Origin: the human T2T-CHM13v2.0 reference genome, Homo sapiens
NCBI RefSeq assembly: GCF_009914755.1
Contig: NC_060928.1
Length of the DNA: 64,000 nucleotides
Strand: one strand, 5' to 3'
The stretch's first letter is position 1. Every line of letters begins with the position of its first letter. The translations under genes were made by a program, and so were the position numbers. Positions 39,802 to 54,234 of this stretch are shown here, piece after piece. The notes under the pieces were generated by a model. The model searched no databases, had not been told where the DNA came from, and saw only the letters and a list, made by a program, of their open reading frames with translations.

Positions 39802-42519
39802 TAAAAACCTGTGAGGTGAGCACTATTAACAAAACAAGAGAAAATGCTTGCCTTTGTGAGAAGCCAAGTATACTGCATCATAGAAGAGAGTTTTCTCTTG
39901 CCAAAACGAGAATCTGCTATTATGAATCACACAAGTAACCAAACAAGTATCACACAAATCCTGGTGAATGTGGACCAGAAAAAAAGTGAACTTAGTATGT
40001 AAGAATTACTGAAAAACAAATATATTTCTATTTTTATTAATGAAAAATAACTGGCAGCCCAGGAGTTCAGACAAAATCATAGCCATAGGAACAAGCTCAA
40101 GACAGCAAGTTTGGCTGCAAAAGTTAAGTTTTCTTATTGACTTTTCCACTGTTCTTTTCAAAAATCAGTGTTTTACTGTTTTGTATTTTATTATGGCTAC
40201 CTTAAATATTTTCTGCACTTGTTAACATCTTTCCCCTTTTTTAGAAAAAAGAAAAGCTGACTTCCTGTTTGGAATAGTACTATCTGAACTACTTATAATT
40301 TCACAATCAGTCATTACTTACCTCTAAAAAACCATAGCTTGTCATTTTATTAGGATTTTTGTGGCCAGTGCAATTTTAAAAACACACTTAAAATGAATCT
40401 TCCTTGGACAAATACACACATATAAATGTTTACCTTGAGTAGCATAGCAACTGTTGCAAAACTATTAGGGCCTACAAAGATTTATGTTGCAACTTTCCCA
40501 GTCAACTGCATATAGTACACTTCAAACTGATAAAGTTTTCAATTCATTCATACCTAACAAAAGGTTAGGAATGCAGATTAGGTTTTATTGTCGGAGTTAA
40601 AAATAAAACAATATTATAAAATGATCAGGTGTTTAAGAGAAGACAATAAATGTCCAGCCTTGGGTAACATCACTTCTTAAAGGTGTCTCCAATCTCATTT
40701 ATGTAATGTCAAACTGATATATTGTACAGAGGTCTTACTTTTAAAGAGCCTAAGCAGCAGACAGGGCATGCAGACACAAATGCCTGCCAGGAACAACTCA
40801 CGGGAGGTTCTGTAAAGACACAAGAATGTCCTGAAACAATTCATTTAAACACGCTTCTTTGCCTTTCCCTATGTTCTTATCCGAATTCATTCAAAAAGTT
40901 ATCTGGGTCATGTTTTTAAATTATTTTTAAGCCGGCAATGAAAAGCAAATGCTTGCATTCCTACTCAAGAACAGATGTTTTAATATGGTGTGAGTAATGC
41001 AGATTATATATTTAAGTGAGAAATCCTAGGGAAGGTGGCCAATTATATTCACATCAAGGCTTAAAATTGAGGGGTTCTTATTCAAAGAGCATGACAATTG
41101 AATAAAACTTGACATATCTATATAACCCATCACAGCAACAGTCCAGTATGAAAAGCGTATGAGCCAGCATTTAAAAGCAATACATTTTAAGGCTCAAACC
41201 TGCAACTGGCCTTCAAAGGCCATGAGTTTCATGGTTTCAGAAAAACCCCGGAGAGCAGAAGTCTTCCTGAGAAGAATGGATATATGAAAAAAGAGATGGC
41301 TAATTTTGCCCAAAGTGTTGTCTTAAATAAAAGTAATGTTTATTTACTAAGTAGACCTTCTTACCAACTTGATAGATGAAACAACTGCTACGGACTCACT
41401 TTTCCCGTCATCATGAAACTGGAGAACCATTACTATCTAACCAGATTTACAAACTAAAACACTGTTACTCTCAACACCTTCTCACCTAAAGCACTGGTGG
41501 TCTACAAACTAAAGAAAAAAATTCACCCTAGTGCAAGCACTTTAGATTTGAAGGTCTCCACAGAAGTCAACTCCACCACAGAGCAGGCTCATTGTTGGCT
41601 GGTGAGTCAGAGTCAATACACAGTTTCCCACTTCCTAGGTCAAACTGCGGGTTATAAGTAATAATCAATGTGGAAAACTAGAATTCCATGGGATGACTAA
41701 ATAACATAGTACTAAGAATGCTTTCCACAATGGCATCTGTGGGAAGCCAAAATTAAGGTTTTTTTTTTTTTTTTTTTTTACTAAAATTTGAAAAACAATT
41801 CCTCTGAATAAACAATGTGACAGGCCTTAAAAGCTAAAATAACGTCTATCAGTGGCAAGTGTTTGACAACAAAGTATCGCAGGAATTTTTTTCCTAATCT
41901 TATATTGAATACTTGTGGATTTGCTTTGTTATAATACTCAAGATAACGCCTAACAGTGATGAACTTCCAATGAAAGAAAATGTAAACTAAGAACTATTGG
42001 AAGAAAAACACACCTTCACTGCAAAACATGAAAGAATATATACCTCAAACCCAAAATCTTTGAAGACACTTTCTTACAGAAATTTATCCTACAGTACAAT
42101 ATTTATTCAATGTATCACTCAACCACCATTAAGGGAAATCGTGGAATGTTTTGTGGAAATCTAGCTCAGGAATAGTGGCTATATTGGTAGACATTGTCAA
42201 TTATATGTTCAATAAGTTAAATAGTTGGATAATACACTCAACTTCATTCTAGCTTTGTATGTGCCTTGAGTGGAAGGCCTTACTTTGGAGTAAGAAATAA
42301 GGGTACAGAGTTATTTACTTTAAAATGTCTTGACAGTATAAAAAGAGTGTTAAGTAGCTGAAACTGAGAGGGCAACAGAAAAATCCCCCAGTGAACTGCT
42401 TTGAGGGGAAAAATGAGCTAATTCAGGGGAAGCCATTAGAATGTATGCAAAGGTCAGCAATGACCCCCCCACATGGCTGAATCCAATGGTCTGTTTTTTC
42501 AGTCTTACTAACTGACCAA

Positions 42520-42985
42520 TCAGTGTGTGAAAGTGGCTTTTCACACACTGTGCTCTGCAGATTTTCTTTTACCTAACAAGATGCTTCTCCTTAGCTCTGA
42601 GTGCTGGTTCCTCCTTATCACCTTCTTTTTACATGCTGGAGTGTCCCAAGGATCTCTGCTTGGACCTTTTCTAGTTTCTGTCTACATGCTTCCCCTTGGT
42701 GATCTTCTATAGTTTCAAAGCATTGCATATCATTTATACGCGGACTACCAGAAAATTCCTATTTCTTATCAACACATTATTACCATTTCAGTAAATGCCA
42801 ATTCCGTAATTTGCAGTCGTACTTTGCTCCTCTCTTTTCTGTGCTACACTCCATATCCCACATCAAGTTATCTTGGCTCAATCTTCATACTATGTCTGGA
42901 ATCTGACCATTTTCCCTACTTCCATTGCTGCCACTTTACAATTCAGGCCAACATGTGAAACAGTCTTCTAACTGGTCTCCCTGTT
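42520..42985 (+). mobile_element. L2 fragment with reverse-transcriptase motif relics
   Basis: Encodes GVSQGSLLGPFL (compare the LINE RT motif GVPQGSVLGPLLF), followed by tac gcg gac (YAD) near 42737. Confidence 0.75.
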
Positions 42986-45900
42986 AAACAATGCCTTTGC
43001 CATTGTTGTCTGAATTAAATAACAGAAATTTACACATTCTACAACAAATGGTCAATAGAGTATTAGTAAAAATACCAATTACTTTTCTAGAAAAATATCC
43101 TGCTTTTAAATTTCAAACTTAAAAAATGGCCTTTATTTTAAACATTCTATAGATTATTCACAGTGGAACTCAATGGAAGGGCTTTGTACAGATTTCACAA
43201 GCCTCGGTTAATGCAGTATGCCTCCTGCAACCTGCCATTCATCCCTCCCAGGTACATTTTATCCTGTCAGAAGGCACTCACTAACTCTCCTACTGCTGAC
43301 AATGCAAACAGTACTCTCTTCTTCAGGGTAGGGGAGGCATACCTACCAGCCATAGAAAATGGGGCGTTTGTCAAAATTACATGGTGAACACCTCATTTAT
43401 GTGTGTGTCTGTAGGAACAGGTATTCAAAGGAGGGATGATTCCACCTACCTAGGAAAACTGGTATAAGGATTAAGCAAAATAGCATATTTTAAAAATTTA
43501 ATAAACAATTCAGCACTATACATATTTAGGGATTATCATACACATTTTTATTATATATTTAATTACCCAAGTTGTACCAAGTTTAGCAAAGATAAATAAT
43601 TATTTTAAAAAATATAGCTCATGATTGATGTTGGTCTGTGTTACATGGAGTGGCATGACCTCATTAGGCAGCGTTCAATGACATCTCCACCCAACATTCT
43701 TTCTAGACTGATGTGGCAAATCAGAGCTTGTCCAACCCTACAAGGAAAATTCTGAAACAGACTTCTTTCTCTTCTAAAACAGATTTATATTCAGTAGTTG
43801 TTCTGGAGGGAGAAATGGGCATTACACATCAGCAAATTAATCTTTATGGCTACGAATACCTCTGTGCTAAAGAACTTAAAAAATAAGCATAATGATACCC
43901 TTGGCTGCTCACTTATCCTATGTCGGTTTTCTGAATTCATATTCTTTGCCTATAAAATCTTTATATGAAATGAAACCAACAAAAAATCCTATGCAAAATG
44001 CAGGATTTCAACTCTGAGGCCCACCATGTCACTGGTATCTTAATTACAGTGTACGGTGTTACATTAAAAGAAACTTCTGTAAAGTAACTAGTTAGCATGC
44101 CGTTCCTATTTCAACAATGGAGAAAAATATAAATGATAATTATTTTGTGAAGTGTTTGGGCATTTTTTTTACATTTTTAAATCACTCTGTGACATCCCTA
44201 TTCTGCCATAAAATCTTTAGTACTCATGCACAGATCTGAACACTTTCAAAAAATAAAAGCATAAACAGTTATATGTTCTTTGGTCATGTTTTTACATGTC
44301 GGTCACCACACTAAAATGAGATTGTGTCTCACGGTCAGAATTCTGGGCAGGTCAAAACGATCACCAGGGGCAACAGAGAACATAGAATATTTTTGTGAAA
44401 AGTTGGTACGGTCACCTCAAACACACCTGAAAAGGCTTCTTCTATTGATACAAGCAAGATATGGCTCTGAAAACAGGGTTAGATAAAAAGTTAAATCATT
44501 CAGTAGACTATATTATACTCCTGTCACGTGCTCACAACAAATGAAGAATATGAATAATATAGCCATTGTGAGGTTCGTATCTCTTGATGGAAAAACCTGT
44601 GTCCTTTAGGTAATGACTATAACGGAAGTAAAAACCCAAGTGCTGTGAGTGTGATTAATTCTGCCTAGAGAATTAAGGAGGTGATACAAAGAAGAGATCA
44701 AAGTTAATCTAGAGCTTAGAGAATTAGAAAGTAATTATTATATAGATTAGAAGGGAGAAGCACTTTAGATATTTACAAAGAAACTGAGTTGGAAAAAAAT
44801 GGTGTTGGGTGAAGAAAAAGATGAAGACTGTGACAAAGCATTGCTATTAGGGGGAGAGTAGATGGTGGAAGGTGAGGCTGCAGGAATGAATTGGGGTCTG
44901 ATTGGGAAGGCTTTGTGTGTGCCATGCTATGGAATCTGGATTTAATCACAAAGCAGTACAAGAGTCAAAAGAGATGTTAAGGAAGGTGGGATACATACAA
45001 GTTTAATTTTTCTGGCTTTCTACTTCTATTTTAGGTGAGGAGGTGCCTTGGGTTGGGAGAAGGGGGTGTGCAGACTCTGGTGGGAGCCATGAACAAGGCT
45101 TTGGCATCTGAACCTTTGCTCCTGATGTTGCCCTTTGTTAATAATAACTGCTTTTATTGCCTTGTCACATGGCTAATCACTACCCACTAATAAAGACTCA
45201 GCTTCTCCAGGAGGCTTCCACTAGTGAGACCTCTCTCTATATATACACGACTACCTCTAAGCTGGTCGACCTTTGTGATCCACCATTCTGTTCATATGTC
45301 TAGCACTACATCAAATTGAAATTGTTGTACGTGTCCCTCCTACTTGCCTCGAAGTTCTTTCATGGTGGGGCCAAATCTTGATGTCTTTTGGATATTTTGA
45401 TCTCCAATAGTATTCAGGATCTGACAGAATATTAATGAAGTGCTAAAAAGAGTATGCTTTATGATCTGATTGATTACCACCATTGAGGAAAACAAATGAA
45501 AAGAAGGGTGGCAAAGTACATGACCATGGTAGAACCAACAGGATTGGTAGCTGGTGGGATGGGGAATCAGGGAGAGAAGAGATATGCTTAATTTTAAATG
45601 ATTCTAGCTTCAGGGAATGCATTAACAGTGACATAACTATGTAATACAGGCAAAATTGGTAAGAAAGAAGGAAAAGTTCAGGTTGGGTCAATTTATAATA
45701 AGTGGAGGTGTATTGACACGCATATATCCAGCAGACAACTGCAAACATTTTTGTGGCATTAAATATAGAGGACTCACTTGGAATAGAGAAAGATAATCAT
45801 TAACATATACAAATGTCAAATGTTAAAGCCATGAGCTAAGAGCACACATGAAAAGAAAAGAGGATAGAAGACAGGAAAATGGGATTTCCCCATACTTAGA

Positions 45901-46855
45901 CCAATGGCCAAGGCACTGGATCAACCAGCACTGGTGTCTCAAAATAGATCAATCTAAGGGTCGGGAAGAGAGCCTGGAGGTCTTAGTGATTTTTCCTCCC
46001 AAGGAGAAGAGAGTTTTGAGGAGTAGAAGAGGGAGAATAACATCAAAGTAATGGAAAGATCAACAAGAAAGAGGAGTAAAAGTAGGCCACTGTAGCTATT
46101 CCACAGGTGGTGTTCTGTGACCTTAGGAATAGAGAAGTTTCATCGAAGTAAGAAAGGAAGAAAGGGGGCCGTTAAAAAGCAGTGAAATGGAGAAAGCAAG
46201 TAGAACTTTTTCATTAAGTTTGGCAGGGAGAAAAAAATAAGAAAGAATCATAGATTTATGAGAAGAAAGATTAGAAAAAAGCTTAATATAATAAGTACAG
46301 AAATACGTGTATATTTGCAATTAGAAAAGAAGGCCAATGAATAAAAGAAATCAGAAGACAGAGGAGAGTTAATGTCAATTGTAGATCAAGACGGGGCAAA
46401 AATATTTTTCTCATGAACTGTAAAGAAGACTAAAATGTCAAAGTATTTCTGTAAGACAATTCAACAATATTTTCCACAAGCAGTCTTAAAAGTGTCCATT
46501 TTTTCAGATCCTGTAATTCCATATTCAGAATTTTTATCTTAAGGAAATAATCAGAAGTATAATCCAAGGATAGTCATTGTAGCATTATTAATAGAGAAAA
46601 TTAAAAATAAAATTTAAAACAAATGTTCATAATTGGAAGGCTGTTAAATAAATGATTACACTTTATGTATGTACAGTGGTCCATTTTATTCTCAATAATT
46701 TTTAGTGTACATGAGAACAATGTAGAAACTTTGATCCCTAACAGCTCAGGGATATGATTGCCACTGTGATATAAACTATAAAGCAAACAGGATGATTCAC
46801 ATTCTGCATAGGCAGAGACTAAGGACACCCAGGCTAAGATCTTACTGTTCTGAAT

Positions 46856-47164
46856 TTTTTTTTGAGACGGAGTCTCACTCTGTCATTCAGGCTGGTGTGT
46901 GGAGTACAGTGGCGCAATCTTGGCTCACTGCAACCTCTGCCTCCAGGGTTCAAGGGATTCTTCTGCCTCAGGCTGCCAAGTAGCTGTGATTACAGGGGTC
47001 CGCCACCACACCTGGCTAATTTTTGCACTTTGTATTTTGTATTTTTTAAAGATGGGGTTTCACCATGTTGGCCAGGCTAGTCTCGAGCTCCTGACCTCAG
47101 GTGATCTGCCAGCCTCAGCCTCCCAAAGTGCTGGGATTACGGATGTGAGCCACTGTGCCCGGCC
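46856..47164 (-). mobile_element. AluSx-like SINE, the only minus-strand Alu in the window
   Basis: T tract then gagacggagtctcactctg...cactgtgcccggcc. Confidence 0.95.
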
Positions 47165-47787
47165 CTAAGTTTAATAAACTTCTAAAAGTAGATCCATCAG
47201 TTCTCAATCTGATATGCAAGGAATCTACTGGGTGCACAACAGTCTGGAAAGGGAGCAGCCAGCATCAGATAAAGGGGTGACTGAACAGCATTGTCAGTAC
47301 AGGTGAGAGATGACCGACTCTTCAAAGTGTAACATTCATGCAGTTACAAAAGGTAAAATTCTATCAACTAGGATCAACTTACGGGACTATTAAAATAATG
47401 CACATTTTTTTCCATGTAGAATCTAATGTCTACATTGGGCAGGGCTAGAATACTCAGGAGGTGCAAAGTCACAGTGAGATTTAATAAAGTTCTAGGTCAG
47501 TTGATCAATATCTTCCCACAAAGTTCAAGGTCAATTGAAAAAATATCTTCCTACATTCTTTTCTTTGCCTTGTTCTTTACCCTGCCCCTCTATTCTGTAT
47601 CGCTTTGCCCTAAGTGTACAATGCTCTGAAATCATCTTTATTTCCCTAAAACTTTCATTGCTTCAGCTGATTTCAGATACGGTACTGTGAAACTAATCAC
47701 CATTACCCTAATCAACATAATATGATCATTCATAACCACACTAATAGGCTCTTGATTATCTATCTTGTCACCATTTATGTAATATAT

Positions 47788-49400
47788 ATTCATTTGCAAT
47801 AAATACATACTGAGCAACTAATACGAGCCAGACACTCTTCTAGGTGCTGAGGATCAAGCAGTGAACAAAAGAAGTAAATATCTCTGCCTTTATGTAATAC
47901 ATATTCTATTGGAGAAAAACAGACCATGCACAACATAAATAATGCACATACAATGTTAGATGGTAAAGTGTATTGCAGGAAAAAAGTAAAAGCAGGAAGA
48001 AGTAAAAAGTAAAGCAGGAAGAAGACAAGAATGACAGGCAAGGCCTCTGTGAGAAGCTGACGTGCAAGCAAAACCTTAAGGAGTTGACGCTTGAAGTCGT
48101 GGGGCTATGTGAGGAAGATTATCCCATGAATATGGAATATCAGGGCAAATAATCTGTTTGGAAGTATGTTAGGTAAATTCAACTCAAGGAATGACAAGGA
48201 GGGGACGCTGTGGCTGGACCAAAGGTTGGAGATAATAGGACTACAAGGGGACACTGTAGGTCACGGTGAGGATTAGCAATTTACTCTGGGTGACTGGGGA
48301 GTAGAGCTGCCAGATAAAACAGAGGATGCCCAGTTACATTTGAATTTCAGATAAACAATAAATAATCTTTTAGTATAAGTATGGCCCCAAAATTATAAAA
48401 TCATTCATTGTTTAGCTGAAATTCACATATAAAACTAGGCAATCCTGTGTTTTCATTTGTTCACTTTGGCAACTGTAGTTGGGAGCTATTGGAGAGTTTC
48501 AAGGAAATGAGTTATATCATCTGCCTTATGTTTAAAAGGATCACACTCACTGCTGTGCTGAAAATAGAATGCAGGAAGGCAATGGTAGCAACAGGGAGGC
48601 CACTTAGAAGTAGTTTCAATAATCCAAATGGAAAGATTGAGAGGTGTGTGGGTATTCAAGAGAAGATTCTAGGTTACATGGGCTAGATACATAAATTTGA
48701 GATCCAGAGGTTTATGGATATTACTAAAAGTCATGAGACTGGACAAGATTGTCAAATGAATGTTATTAGGAAGAGGTGCCATGGTTATAAAGTGATCTCT
48801 ATTAAAAAGGGGACTGAATCTAGAAACATTGTCATAATTCCAGTTGAGAGAGAGAGAAGGAGGAACCAGTGAAGAGGACTGAGGAGTGGCCAGAGAGATA
48901 GGTGGAAAACAGGGAGAGAGTGCTGATCTGGATACCAGTGTCAAAGTGTTCAGTGAAAAGAAGTGAATAATCAGTTGTGTCAACCACTGATGATAGGTCT
49001 GATAAGAGGAGGATTGAGGATTTTCCACTGAATTTAGCAATACGTCATCATGGAGTACCAAGTGCGATTCTGACAAATGATGAGGCAAAAAATATGATGA
49101 GCATGAGTTTAGAAGAGAATAAAAAGAGGGCAGTGAATGCAACATAACTGTCGTGAGCAGTTGCTGAGAAGAGAGGAGACAACATGCGTGGTAGCTGGAT
49201 GACGATGTGGGATCAGGAGAAGCACATATTCCTTTAAAGATGGGAGAAGTAATAGCCTTATTGATGTGCTGAGGGTAATGAACCAATAGAATGGCCAATG
49301 GAAAAAAGAAGAAGGAGGAGGAGAGAGAGAGAAGAGTGCAGGAGGCACACTTGAGTGGTCAAGAGATGAATGAGATGGAGTAAGGAAGACAAACAATGTT
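47788..49400 (-). mobile_element. L2 LINE, 3' end plus ORF2 relic
   Basis: L2 3' terminus (aaatacatactgagc...ctaggtgctgaggat..agcagtgaacaaaa). Minus-strand relics LLSDLSSVVDTTD and FLPHHLSESHLV resemble RT motifs LLDLSAAFDTVDH and FRPHHSTETAL. Confidence 0.8.
48302..48477. mobile_element. MER53 palindromic MITE inserted in L2
   Basis: gccagataaaa...ggatgcccagtta.atttgaatttcagataaacaa...ttgtttagctgaaattca...ggcaac inverted arms. Confidence 0.85.
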
Positions 49401-51345
49401 CGCCTAGGGTCACTGGGAGGAAAGTCAGTTGCTGAGGGCCAGTGAGACATGCAGGTAAGTAGCGTGAGGAAAGTGTTCAGAAGTCCTTTTCTGATTGCTT
49501 GTAATCTCCTTGTGACAGAGAAAAAAAATTACCATCTAAGAGTGAGGATGGGAGAAATAATGCCAGAGGCTTGAGGAGAGGGAAAATGTAAGGTAACAGT
49601 CTAGGAGAGGAGTAGAGAAGATAGACAAAGAAGATGCCGAATGTCTGGACAGTAGCACTACAGAACATATGACTCTAAAACAGGTCTAGAGAATGACAAC
49701 AGCATTTCATTCATGGACAACATTCATGGTGTGGGGGCATAATTCTGTGGCTGAGTATTTCCAGAGCGTTCTTAAATCAAGTGTGCTGGCCAATAATCTC
49801 GGACAAGGAGTCTCACCGATAAGAAGTCAAACTAAGCAAATGCTGCAGTGATAGGAGAAAAAAAAACACACACAGAACACATTGAGAGCAAAGAAAGACA
49901 AATACACAGGAAAGCTGAAGGAAGAATGCCTAGGTGTCCACAGAGAATCTCCAGAACCCCGAAAAGCTACCAAGATCAACGGCAACTTTTGTTACTAAGG
50001 CCCTTTAAGAACTTGGCTAAGAGAGATTAAATTCATGAGTCGGTATTTTAGAAATTTTTGAAGACAAGTTGATAAAAGTTTATAATAATTAAAAAGTTAA
50101 ATTTCAGTATCAGAAACTTAGCAGGGCCAAAAATCCTTACTTGAACTGAGCAATTGGCTGTCTTCACAATGAATTCAATGCTGCTTCTTATTCAATGTGG
50201 AAAACTGGTGAAATTCAAATCCGAATTTTAATCATCTTCTAACCAATTAGCCTCAAAGAAAGGGTATTTGGTTCAAAGTATTAGCTTCAAGGGACTTGAA
50301 ACATTCAGTGTAAGCAGTAGAGTTTCTGAGAAATCAGTTTTAAAGAGGACTATTTAAGTTGGTTAATATGAATGCTCATGCAACAAATACAATGCCGTTT
50401 TTAAAACCATTTTTCAGAAATGGTTACTTTAAAAGAATTTATCTTGCTAAATGTCTTCCTTATTCACTGATGCAGAAATATTTTCTGACTTCTGATTATT
50501 TTGTGCAAAATATTATGAAAATAATTATATACAAGTACTAGGAAAACTGGTTTTATATGCACTGATCAACTGTGGTTTCAGCTTGTGCTACTGCTATTCA
50601 TAATTTAGGAAGTGGTTAGTTTGTTCTTGGGTTTTGAGTATAGAATTATATAATTGTTGACACAAGGGTAACCTCTTCCTCTGATATTTAGATCCTGGTA
50701 TAATCCTGTATCTACTGGACAAAGCAGTTTCTAAGTGAACACTGGAAATACTTTTGTTTTATTGAATCCACTGCTACAATCTGAAAACATTTATTTTCTG
50801 TGCTAGCCAGAATGAATGAAGTTGGTAAGATGTGAGGTTTTCCCTCTAATCAAATACGGAGTGCAGACAGAAAAACTTATGATTCTTAAACAGCTGCCTA
50901 GAAAAAATACATTTTTCTGGTTTGACAAAATAGTAACATAGAAAATAAAGAGTTAGGCCTATAATTCTTCACTTGAAAACTCTTTGCCTCTGAGAAGGCA
51001 CATGATGTACAAATTTGTTTATGAAAATACATAAAATTTTACTTAAGATGATAGACTCAGCTAAACAAAAAATAAGCTGTGTGTACGGGGGCATTCAAAG
51101 ACTGGGTGTAACTACAAAATATTTTATAAATACCAGCCAGAAGTCTATGAACTTTTCTCAAGATCTGCACGTGTGCACACACATGCACACACACACCAAC
51201 TAGCACTCATCATCTAGCTGCTTTTATTGAAAATCAGGTCACTTGAGAAGTGGCTGACAAAATCGAGAAACTAAAGAAGCTGAGGATATATAATCTGAAG
51301 AAGTAAAGACTTTATGAGACATCACTAAAAATTAGAAAGAATACT

Positions 51346-51648
51346 GGCCGGGTGCAGTGGCTCACACCTGCAATCCCAGCACTTCGGGAGGCCGAGGCAG
51401 GCGGATCATGAGGTCAGGAGATCGAGACCATCCTGGCTAACACGGTGAAACCACATCTCTAATAAAAATACAAAAAAGTTAGCCAGGCATGGTGACGGGT
51501 GCCTGTAGTTCCAGATACTCAGGAGGCTGAGGCAGGAGAATGGCGTGAACCCGGGAGGCGGAGCTTGCAGTGAGCCGAGATCATGCCACGGTACTCCAGC
51601 CTGGATGACAGAGTGAGTCTCCATCTCAAAAAAAAAAAAAAAAAAAAA
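51346..51648 (+). mobile_element. AluY-like SINE
   Basis: Full dimer, A tail of about 22, target-site duplication agaaagaatact. Confidence 0.96.
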
Positions 51649-51659
51649 AGAAAGAATAC

Positions 51660-51915
51660 TTTGAGGAAACATAGTATCATGGCAAGAACATGGAATTTTA
51701 AATCAGAAGACCTGGGCACAGGCCCTGGATTCACCATTTATCATTTTATGAGTGTGATCACTGGCCAATTATTTATTTTCTCTGTATTTTAGTGTATGTA
51801 TCTGTAAGACAGATAATAACACATAAGCTATCTAATTTAATGGGTTGTTTTGCAGCTCAAATAAAATAATGCACATAATTGTATCTTAAAACATAATAAG
51901 CATGCATTATTAGCA
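51660..51915 (+). mobile_element. MIR fragment
   Basis: aatcagaagacctggg..caggccctgg.ttcacca...atctgtaa. Confidence 0.6.
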
Positions 51916-54234
51916 ATGGTGAAGGTCATAAAATTATTGCAAGTAGCTTCAAAGGAAAGATAAGGACCTGTGAGAGGAAGTTGAAAGAAGAAAGATTTTT
52001 GTTTAATACAGGAAAGAACTTTCTGAAAACAATATTAGTTAAAAATGGAATGGACTTAAGAGCTAAGAGACAATGAATTCTTATATTTTATGCCATGGTC
52101 ACAAAGTCATTTTGTTTGGGAGGAAAGGAGATTGTGAATCAGATGGAAGATAAGCAAAAACAATTTAAAGGTTTCTCCAAATGTTGAAACTTTATGAATT
52201 TGGATAGAATAAACATGTTTAAATATTAACAACACAAGACAATCTTCCCCCTAAATTGATCATCAGCAAACAATGTATGTCTATTGCAAATTCTATCCAT
52301 CCCAATTTTTCTCAACAAAAATATTAACCTCAAGATGTGAACTCCAAAACTTATACCAATTATTTATTGAGATTTTTTCATCCTAATTATTCACTAAACA
52401 TGTTTGTGCATGTGAAATATTCTGTAACATGAAAGGCACAATACAAATTAGGTACAGCTATTGTGATGCCATACTGAGAACGGGGCAAGCCAATAAATTA
52501 AGTTCCTCTGGCACAGGGTAGGAACTTGGATGTTTTTTATTACTCCACATGATCTGAATCTTTTTTCCTGCCTGGCTTTTGCATTTTACATCCTACATTG
52601 GCATCAATTTCACATCTTGAAGGTGCCAATGATTCCTCAGGCAAACCACCAGGGATTTTTCCTAGGATCAACATTCATATGGAGCTTAGGGCTGCGGCTC
52701 TCTGGCTTTGGGCTTCAGGAATTTGGTTTACCACAATACAATGCAAAGCCTGGCATTTTCCCAGCCAGTACTACTTAATGACCTTGTGCTGCTTGCTGTC
52801 ACAGGAACATTTGTCTCTGCCACCAGAACACCAAGGAAAGATGGATCTATCATCCATTCATTCACTTAAAATTTTAAGAGTGCTTACTATGTCCTAGGTA
52901 CCCCACTATAAAGTGAAAATACAAAGGTTAAGACAGGCTCTGATCTCAAGACATTTGGATGAATTGCCATCATTCCTGTAAAAGAGTACAATTATTATTG
53001 TTGATATCCAGCTTATCGTGTATTTATTACTAACGTGGAAACTCAGAAATGATTATGTTGAGTCTGACATGCTTTAAAATATCCAAGCTCAGAGAACCTC
53101 AAAAATAAATTTTCTTTTAATCAAGCATATAGTAACAACAGCTTTAGGACAGTTTAAAAAAAAAAAGAGGAAATAATGTAAAGAATGCACTGAAATGACC
53201 TAATAAAGAAGAATTATTTAAGATAAAGCTTGAATTTCAAAGAACTGATTCACACATTAACTGGGGGAATATCTGCTAAATACAAAGCAGTGCAAACATA
53301 GATTTTACATATTTAAATTTTAAAACAAAATTATATGTATTTATTTTGTTTCCTACATGTTAACTATTTAGCTTTAATTATTTAGCATCCCACGTACCAC
53401 ACTGAAATTTCCCTAAGAGTAATAAAATACATTAGTTGTGGTAACCTTACAAAGATGCATTACAAAGACAAATCTTAAAACATATTAAAAACATGTCTTC
53501 ACTGAGTAATACATATGAGTGTGGTAACAGCAATGTTAACACCTTGCCTAGGATTGGCCTGAAAACCTAATCTCCATTTGGCCATGAACTTTCAAATATA
53601 TTTCGGGAAAGCCTGGAAACTTTGATATATCTAATGAAATCCTCCCGTTTATTATTCAAAGAGATCAACAGGGATATTTAAAAAGCAATTTCACCATGGT
53701 TAACATCTGTAAAAAATTTCTGTCAATCCCAAGGTCCAAGGAAAACGCCTAGGATCTTTGTCTGCTTAAAACAAATGTGACCAGTGAACTGAAATTCTTA
53801 ATGTTCTAAATTCAAAAGTAGCACACTGAATCTGGTGGGTGAGTGGTTAGGAAAGTGATTAAATAAATACTAATATCTATATAATATACAATTTGGATAA
53901 AAGTGTAAAAAATACAGGTTCCACTGGAGGTACAATCCAAATATATGAAGGAAAAGACAACTGTCAATATAATTTATTCATAATATGAATTAAACAAGTA
54001 GTGTATTGGTGGGACACTTGAGCCAATTTGGAATTGAGTTAGAATGTAAAAGTCACATTCCACAAAAAATCACAGAGCACATTTTTAAAAACAAAAACAA
54101 ACGTGTCAAGATCAGAAAACAGAAAAGCAGGGAAACAGGTGTGCATACATGAGCAGATAAATATTTTGAAACTCCAGCATCTCACAAGCAAAATGTTTCA
54201 ATTGAATGACAAGTTATTTCTACCAAAAATACAC

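Noticed and set aside
13303-41636. Identical 12-mer TTCCCACTTCCT at 13303 and 41625
   Set aside because: Many repeated 12-mers are expected by chance in 64 kb, so this is not evidence by itself.
48669-49298. 209-aa ORF, the longest in the window, as a novel gene
   Set aside because: It lies in an L2 relic. The RT-like motifs are degraded and split across frames, and the pyrimidine-rich strand is poor in stop codons.
53921-53934. CTCF-like motif ccactggaggtaca
   Set aside because: It has several mismatches at informative positions and cannot be supported without ChIP data.
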